Positions 57,804 through 64,000 of a stretch of 64,000 bases of DNA are shown piece by piece. Under the pieces are notes generated by a model that was not told where the DNA came from, did no database searches, and saw nothing but the letters and a program-made list of their open reading frames with translations. The DNA lies in assembly GCA_045863335.1 (NCBI GenBank), contig BTVY01000010.1:78265-142264 (forward strand). Reading direction: 5' to 3'. Position 1 is the first letter of the stretch; each line of letters starts with the position of its first letter. A program made the translations under genes and the position numbers. The stretch is from Candidatus Hydrogenedentota bacterium (GTDB lineage Bacteria > Hydrogenedentota > Hydrogenedentia > Hydrogenedentales > SLHB01).

Positions 57804-60167
57804 TCAGTCGGCGAGCAACTCGCGGACCGTGTCCATAACGACCGTGGATTGAAAAGGTTTGGCGACGAAACGGATGTTCTCCCGGTTCAACAGGCTGGGC
57901 TCAAGCGCTTCACTGCCGTAGCCACTCGACACGATGCAGCGCAGGGCGGGATTCATCTCCGTGAGCAGCTCCAAGGCACGTGCGCCGCCCATGCCGGGCA
58001 TGACGATGTCCAGAATCACCAACGCAATCTCGTTTTTGCGTTGCTTGTAAATCTCGATTGCCTCCTCTCCGGTGCTCGCGTCGATGACATCGTAGCCCGC
58101 CATACCCAGGATGTCCTGAAGCAGCGTGCGCAACAACTTTTCGTCGTCGACCACGAGGATAAGCGCATCGCCCGTGCGTTCTTCCTGCGTGGGTGCGGGC
58201 GCCGCCAGCTCGACCGGAGTCTCCCGTCCTGCGGACGGAAGATAGACCTCGATTCGCGTGCCTTTACCTTCTTCCGACTGGACCCGGAGTCCGCCGCCGT
58301 GGGCCTGGATGATGCCGTATACCACCGATAATCCCATTCCGATGGCTTTCCCCTGCTGCTTCGTCGAGAAGAAGGGATCGAACATCCGGCGCACCACGTC
58401 GGGTGGCATGCCAATGCCCGTGTCTTCCACGGTAAGCCGAACGAAGGAACCGCGCGTCGGCACGTGGACCTTTTCGGCCAAGGCATCATCGACTTCCACA
58501 TTCGCGGTCGAAAGCTTGATTTCTCCGGCGCGGCCTGCCATGGCGTCGCGGGAATTCAGGCACAGGTTCATCACGATCTGGTGGATTTGCGTACGGTCGG
58601 CTTCAACAAGATCGAGACTGGGCGTAGCATCGAAACCGATCCGCACGTTGGGATCCAGCGTGTGGGACAAGAGATTGACTGTTTCCCCCACGATGACGTT
58701 GAGTGATAGCGTTTCCGTGTTTCGAGCGCCGGCCTGCGCGAAGGTCAGGAGCTGGTTGGTCAGCTCTGACGCGCGCAAGGCGGAATCCTCAATCGCCACC
58801 ATGCGGCGGTAATGGGGCGATTCAGGCGGGAGTTCTTGTCGCACCAGCGTCGCGTAGCCCAATACGCCGGCCATGATGTTGTTGAAGTCGTGGGCGATTC
58901 CGCCGGCCAGGCGGCCTATGCTATCCATCTTCTGCACTTCAAGGAGCTTTGCCTGAAGTGCTTCGCGCTCGGTGACGTCGACGACAACGCCTGCGGCAGC
59001 GATGACCATGCCGGTCTCGTCGGACACGGGTGCTACCGCTCCATTGCACACCCGTGTTTCGCCATCAGTGCGATGGATGACGATATTGCGGAACTCGGCG
59101 TGCTTGCCGTGGTTCAGTACACGATCCTGAATCCCTTCCAGAACCGTATCCGCGTTCAGCAGGATTCTCGGCAACGCGGACGCAAGGGTTGCGTTCTGAA
59201 TTTCGTCATCCGTCAGCCCGGTAATTGCTTGCATGCGGGAGTTGAACTCGAGCAGTTCGCCCCGTCGATCGACGATGAAGAGCCCCACGTCTGCGGCCTG
59301 TAACGCGCGCGACAGCAGATTGCGCGAGGCGAGCAACTCCTGTTCCGTGCGCTTTCGTTCCTCAATGCTGCGGACGATAACGCACGCGCCGACGGACTCG
59401 CCTTGTTCATTGGTAACCGGGGAAAAACTGGCTCCGGCAGCGAAGCGGCTGCCGTCTTTACGTTGCGCGACGACTTCCAGTTCACGCTGGGGACCTTCAT
59501 TGGCCACGTGCTCCACGAGATCGTCGCCTACGCCATCGATTCCGCCAATAAGCAAATCTCGAAACGAGCGCTTCTTCGCTTCTTCGGTCGTATATCCAAA
59601 GCACCGCTGCGCGCCCGCATTCCAAACTTGAATCGAGCCGTCGCTGCTCACGGCGAAGACGGCATCGGTGGACAACTCCACGAGGCGCGCCAGGTACTGG
59701 CTCGATTCGAACAACTTCTTGAACCGGAGTTTCTCGGCCTCCGCGCGCTCATTCATCTTCGCCAGTTCGTACATGACGAACAACATGGTGATCAGAATGC
59801 AAATGTATCCGAAGGCCTCGCTGGTGCGTTCGGAAATTTCCTGTCCGAATCCGTTCGCCCCCATGAACGGGACACTCTCGAGCACCGCGAGCTGTTCCGT
59901 GAAATCAAGGAAGCGGGCGAGAATGAGGAACACCGATCCTGCGATGAAGGAACGTGTAATATAACGACGCTGGGTGAGGCGCAACACAATGAGGCTCGCG
60001 CCGATCACCAGCCCCGCCGTTCCAAACAATTCGAAAAGGTCGCCCACGAAATTGTTGCCGGCGAACATGTTGGGGTAGAACGAAATGCCAAAGACGATCA
60101 CGCCCAGAATGATGAGCGCCTTGGCGGGCGCGGTGACTACGACCCGCCGGGTGGAAGGTTCACCCAT
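57804..60167 (-). CDS. Membrane-bound PAS-PAS hybrid histidine kinase/receiver (CckA-like)
   Basis: About 4 TMs; two PAS domains; LAGGIAHDFNN, MNLCLNSRDAM, DTGIGM and PFFSTK motifs; receiver LVVDD..LDIVMP..SSG..KPF. Confidence 0.92.
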   Translation of the reverse strand: MGEPSTRRVVVTAPAKALIILGVIVFGISFYPNMFAGNNFVGDLFELFGTAGLVIGASLIVLRLTQRRYITRSFIAGSVFLILARFLDFTEQLAVLESVPFMGANGFGQEISERTSEAFGYICILITMLFVMYELAKMNERAEAEKLRFKKLFESSQYLARLVELSTDAVFAVSSDGSIQVWNAGAQRCFGYTTEEAKKRSFRDLLIGGIDGVGDDLVEHVANEGPQRELEVVAQRKDGSRFAAGASFSPVTNEQGESVGACVIVRSIEERKRTEQELLASRNLLSRALQAADVGLFIVDRRGELLEFNSRMQAITGLTDDEIQNATLASALPRILLNADTVLEGIQDRVLNHGKHAEFRNIVIHRTDGETRVCNGAVAPVSDETGMVIAAAGVVVDVTEREALQAKLLEVQKMDSIGRLAGGIAHDFNNIMAGVLGYATLVRQELPPESPHYRRMVAIEDSALRASELTNQLLTFAQAGARNTETLSLNVIVGETVNLLSHTLDPNVRIGFDATPSLDLVEADRTQIHQIVMNLCLNSRDAMAGRAGEIKLSTANVEVDDALAEKVHVPTRGSFVRLTVEDTGIGMPPDVVRRMFDPFFSTKQQGKAIGMGLSVVYGIIQAHGGGLRVQSEEGKGTRIEVYLPSAGRETPVELAAPAPTQEERTGDALILVVDDEKLLRTLLQDILGMAGYDVIDASTGEEAIEIYKQRKNEIALVILDIVMPGMGGARALELLTEMNPALRCIVSSGYGSEALEPSLLNRENIRFVAKPFQSTVVMDTVRELLAD

Positions 60168-60614
60168 TGCGGAGCCACCCTTCCGGGACGGCGCGTCGCA
60201 AGCCTTCGCGCGAGGGGCAGAGGCCCACATATGGGTCATAATGCGAATAGACCGATAGTGTCAATTCATTTCCCCGTTCTGCCGATATGTTTCTATTCCC
60301 GTGATCATCGCGATCGCTCTCCGGACCGACGCCGTGGTGAGCAAACACGCCGTCAACGGGCTTGTGGAGTGGCCGACTCGAAGCAGCCCTAATTCCCGGC
60401 GGCTATCCCCGCTCCGGCGGCCCTCGTCGTCGCTATACTAAGGATTACGCCCAAGTCATGCAACGCGTAGAATGGGCCCGGCTTGCTGGCGCAGCTACCC
60501 GTTGTAATCCGGTGTGGACGCATCGGCACCAGGGGTCTGGGTGTCATCACTAGCGCCGGGTGAAAAGGCACCATCGACCAAAACCCGTTCCGCCGCGCAC
60601 GCGGGGCGGCCGCC

Positions 60615-60644
60615 TTGCATCTGCGGCCCATAACTCGGTATGAT
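60615..60644 (+). promoter_or_regulatory. Putative sigma70 promoter of the tRNA
   Basis: TTGCAT-18 nt-TATGAT followed by a GC-rich discriminator. Confidence 0.45.
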
Positions 60645-60699
60645 CCGCCCTTGGCTCGCCCCATACTCGCAGTTTCAAATTGGCTGCGATCACCATTGT

Positions 60700-60775
60700 G
60701 AACGGGTAGCTCAGTCGGTAGAGCATCGGACTTTTAATCCGGTGGTCGTGGGTTCGATCCCCACCCCGTTCACCA
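60700..60775 (+). tRNA. tRNA-Lys (anticodon UUU)
   Basis: Acceptor GAACGGG/CCCGTTC; D arm GCTC/GAGC; anticodon loop CTTTTAA; T loop TTCGATC; encoded ACCA end; 76 nt. Confidence 0.97.
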
Positions 60776-60844
60776 TTTTTCACTGATTTCCCATCAATCG
60801 CCCCCGTTCTTGTAGGGCTGGTCTAAGTTGTGGCACCGCACGTT

Positions 60845-61969
60845 TCACGTCCGAAGCTTTCGTCGCACGTACTCCTCGCAGATTTGGTAGTAGCTGACCA
60901 TGGAGGCGATATCGATCCATTCGTCTTGGCTGTGGATGTTGCCGACGATGGGTTGGGAGAGGTTGACCGGGATGCCGAAGTCGGCGATAAAGCGGGCGTC
61001 GCTGCCGCCCGAGGCGCGGGCGCGCAGGACGGGCTGGCCCGTGACGTCTTCGATGACCTGGCAGAAGAGGTCGTCGGGAGCGAGATGGGTCGGTTCAGAT
61101 GCGACGAGGACGTCGATCGCGCAGTCCTCGCCCAGCACCTGCCGGATCTCATAGACTAGGGTATCCGACCGATAGGGCGGGGTGAAGCGCAGGTCCAAAC
61201 CGGCGGTGGCCTTTTCGGGGATGCGATTGATGGACTCGTTGTCGCTATGAAGGATTGTGACGGAGCAGGTGGGGTACCACAACTCCCCGGCGGCATCCGG
61301 TTCTCCCTGGGCGTATTGGTCGAAGTGCCGGACGAGGGCGGTCAAACGGTCCATGAGCCGGTGCAAGGCGTTGACGCCTTGCCAGGGGCGCGCCGCGTGG
61401 GCCGCGTCGCCATGGCAGGTGACGTTCAGGTGCAGGATACCTTTCTCTTCCACGGTGAGGCGGTTCAACGATCCGCCGTCGGGCATGACGGCCTGTCCGC
61501 AGCGCAAACCGACATCGCTGAACAGGAAGCGCAATCCGTCTTCGCCGCCGCATTCCTCGTCAGATGTAACCGCGAGGCCCAGGGACAGGCCGGGCGTGCG
61601 CTGGTGCAGCGACCGGAACAGTTCGAGAAGGATGGCGAGGCTGCCTTTCATATCGCCCGCGCCCGGGCCGATGATGCGGCCGTCATGAACTGTCGATCCG
61701 TACGCATGAAGTTCCGGATGCTCGACCACGTCGAGGTGGGCGCACAACAGGATGGCGGGTGACGGGTGGCCTTCCGGGGTCGCGACTATCGAACCGTAGC
61801 CGTTGGATTCGTAACGCCGGATTCCAATGTCATCCAGGTTGTCGAGGTGGTTCGAGATGAGTTGGAAACAGCGTTCCCGTTCGTCGGGCCGGGCATCAGT
61901 GCTTCGTATCATGACTAAGTCGCGGGTCAACGCGGTCAGTCGCGCGGCGAGTTCAGGGTCGTTTTGCAT
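60845..61969 (-). CDS. M20 family metallopeptidase/deacylase (DapE/ArgE-like)
   Basis: AHLDVV, GAGDMKG, DEECGG, GGSDARF and IHSQDE motifs. Confidence 0.9.
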   Translation of the reverse strand: MQNDPELAARLTALTRDLVMIRSTDARPDERERCFQLISNHLDNLDDIGIRRYESNGYGSIVATPEGHPSPAILLCAHLDVVEHPELHAYGSTVHDGRIIGPGAGDMKGSLAILLELFRSLHQRTPGLSLGLAVTSDEECGGEDGLRFLFSDVGLRCGQAVMPDGGSLNRLTVEEKGILHLNVTCHGDAAHAARPWQGVNALHRLMDRLTALVRHFDQYAQGEPDAAGELWYPTCSVTILHSDNESINRIPEKATAGLDLRFTPPYRSDTLVYEIRQVLGEDCAIDVLVASEPTHLAPDDLFCQVIEDVTGQPVLRARASGGSDARFIADFGIPVNLSQPIVGNIHSQDEWIDIASMVSYYQICEEYVRRKLRT

Positions 61970-61990
61970 TGTGAAATCTTCCAACAACGT

Positions 61991-63400
61991 TTAGTCGCGA
62001 TCGACCGCCCATTCTACATTCGTGTTGGCCTGGGCGATATCGAGAAACTCGGCGCAGGCTTCGCACGTCTCGGCAAGACAGAGAAACTGCCCCTTGTGCA
62101 CGAGCCCATCAGGCCCGAAGTTGAAGTTCACCGGCACGACGCCGCGCGTCTTGCCGGGACGATATAGATAACCGCCGCGCTCGAACATGGCCAGAAGAGC
62201 CCCGCCGGGCAACGGCGCATCGAGGCGGAGGTTGCGGTGCAGCCACGCGCCCTCGGGCAGAAACTTGCGCGCGATAACGGACGGATACGTCGCGCCCGTT
62301 ACGCGGGCGTTCAACTCGCAGATGTACACCCCTGGATCGTGGCGGCCTTCATACCGGACGAGGAGGAAATCCGCGCTCGCCGTGCCTCGATAGCCCACCT
62401 CATGGAGCCAGCGGCCCGCCACACCGGCCTGTTCGAAAAGCGCATCGCGAACGCCCGGGTATACACTGAGATACGGCGGCGGCGAAACATTGCCCTCGTG
62501 CACGCTCGTCTCGCTTAGGATCTGCTCCGTTACGTCGTACAGGTATACGGTGGTTTCGTTCACGAAGATCTGCACACTCGGACTGCAGATCGCTTCCACG
62601 CCGCCGCAACCGGGTTCCAGCCAGCCTTGCACGATGCATGGCCCCTCATGGAACAGGTACGCGGGGATATCGGAAGCATCAATTTTCTTTCGGATATCCT
62701 CTAACTTCATCATCCCGATGCCGGATGCGCCGACTTGCGCCTTCACGACGGCCGCGCGAAATCCGCGATCCGCCAGGTCGCGCGCACACGCAGGAATGTC
62801 CGCAGCCGATTCCGCGAAGCACGTATCGACGACGGGCAGTCCATGGGCCTCGAGAAACTGATGGAGCTTCAACTTGTTGTTTCCGCACCGGCTGCCTTCT
62901 TCCGAGGTGATGGTTTGCTTGCCGAGCTTTTGGGCGATGTTGACGAGCGTTTTATCCGTGACAAACCCGTCTACCCAGCGGCTTTCGTGTCCAGCAAGTT
63001 CCCGGACGAGTTCGATTGTTTCGGCGTCGTCGCGCGCGACCGATTCTCCGAACTGGAGAAACTCCTCGCGTGTCATGACGTGCATGTCGGGAAGCGAGAG
63101 GCCGAGATCGTCCTGAAAATAGGCGCACAGATTCGGATCGGGTTCGCGCGGCAAGACCAGAATGTTGCCGGGATTGTGGAACAGCAGGTTCACGATTGGA
63201 ACCAACCGGCCGCCGTAGGAGTCAATCTCGCCCACTTCGCGGCGGAGGGAGGCGGTGCCGCCTTCGTTGCCGAAGAACAGGGAGAGGAGATTCGCGAAAA
63301 ACGTCACGTCCCGCGGCCAGAATTCGGGCAGGCGGCCGTGGGTGTCGATCACCTCCACCGCGGGCGTTGGGGTGTTTTCAGACGTCGGAGATACCGTCAT
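61991..63400 (-). CDS. ATP-grasp fold protein (putative amide/peptide ligase, Pgm1-like)
   Basis: NNK..GLPV, VVKAQVGASGIG, SPSVQ, EQIL..HEGN, GYRG...DF and ELNARVTG ATP-grasp motifs. Confidence 0.7.
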   Translation of the reverse strand: MTVSPTSENTPTPAVEVIDTHGRLPEFWPRDVTFFANLLSLFFGNEGGTASLRREVGEIDSYGGRLVPIVNLLFHNPGNILVLPREPDPNLCAYFQDDLGLSLPDMHVMTREEFLQFGESVARDDAETIELVRELAGHESRWVDGFVTDKTLVNIAQKLGKQTITSEEGSRCGNNKLKLHQFLEAHGLPVVDTCFAESAADIPACARDLADRGFRAAVVKAQVGASGIGMMKLEDIRKKIDASDIPAYLFHEGPCIVQGWLEPGCGGVEAICSPSVQIFVNETTVYLYDVTEQILSETSVHEGNVSPPPYLSVYPGVRDALFEQAGVAGRWLHEVGYRGTASADFLLVRYEGRHDPGVYICELNARVTGATYPSVIARKFLPEGAWLHRNLRLDAPLPGGALLAMFERGGYLYRPGKTRGVVPVNFNFGPDGLVHKGQFLCLAETCEACAEFLDIAQANTNVEWAVDRD

Positions 63401-63504
63401 GCGATTGGCTCTCGGGCTGTAGGGACCTCAGGTTCGGTGCGGGAACGCACGGAGCGATGAACACCTGCCGGATATGCTGCGCGATTCCGCGCAGGTTGTC
63501 AACG

Positions 63505-64000
63505 TCACTCGTAGATGAACTCCACTGAGGCCGTGGTATCGCGGGAGGCGACGGCCCGAATCCAATACGCCTGGAGGCTGTCCGGAAAGGTATGCCACGG
63601 TGTCCGCGTTTTGGCGGGAACTTCGACCAACATGAACCGCTGCCAAGAACCCGTGCCAGTGATATCGATCTCGATGTGAAAAGTGACGGCCGCGTCCCCC
63701 TCGTTTTCGAGGGCCATCCGCTTCCGGTCGTACCCGAAGAACAGATACGGATCTGACGGTGTGCCGGCTGTAACCTGCGTGTGTTTCCACGGCCCGCCAT
63801 GCCCGGTAGGCTTGCCGAACTGCCAGAGGTCGTCGACCGCGCCGACCCATACGGCGCAGCGGCCATCGTCAGATCGCACGACATGGCGGTTGCCTTTCGC
63901 CTCGTCACGATCGATACCGGACATCACCAGGAGCCCCCGCCAGGAACAGTAGTCGCGGATACGCCGGTTGTGCGTGGCGATGGGGCGAATCTTGGCGAAG
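63505..64000 (-). CDS. Hypothetical protein, C-terminal part (starts beyond the window)
   Basis: Open frame runs off the window end; VDDLWQFGKPTGHGGPW and SDPYLFFGYD. Confidence 0.7.
   Translation of the reverse strand, partial: FAKIRPIATHNRRIRDYCSWRGLLVMSGIDRDEAKGNRHVVRSDDGRCAVWVGAVDDLWQFGKPTGHGGPWKHTQVTAGTPSDPYLFFGYDRKRMALENEGDAAVTFHIEIDITGTGSWQRFMLVEVPAKTRTPWHTFPDSLQAYWIRAVASRDTTASVEFIYE

Noticed and set aside
60776-64000. Genomic island integrated at tRNA-Lys
   Set aside because: No integrase, no duplicated tRNA 3' end in the window, and composition resembles the backbone

Overview
GC-rich, diderm bacterial chromosomal segment. The gene content resembles Hydrogenedentota/PVC-type heterotrophs, but that assignment is only an inference. 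It holds about 55 CDS, one tRNA-Lys(UUU), a Firmicute-type L20 leader before infC-rpmI-rplT, a housekeeping run (hisA, tyrA, tmk, holB, PSP1/ricT, tatD, nrdR, rsmD) and many exported carbohydrate-active enzymes. The best candidate for an undescribed system is a tight operon at 6618-13156. There an FHA-GAF-PP2C phosphatase, an RsbW-like kinase and a STAS protein with an intact phospho-acceptor Ser sit directly before an MlaE/MlaF/MCE/PqiC transporter and a PilZ protein, with no SigB/SigF-type sigma factor; this suggests a phospho-switched MCE transporter. Other leads: an AT-richer islet with an Mrr-like nuclease, an HhH-glycosylase-like orphan and a solo HicB; REPIN-like elements with near-identical 33-bp inverted arms but unrelated spacers; a 160-nt rod-shaped (6S-like) RNA candidate; an ATP-grasp/M20 pair; a Cys-rich OmpA protein; and NrdR-like boxes. 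No CRISPR array, integrase or transposase was seen. All calls come from reading motifs by eye; no database searches were run.
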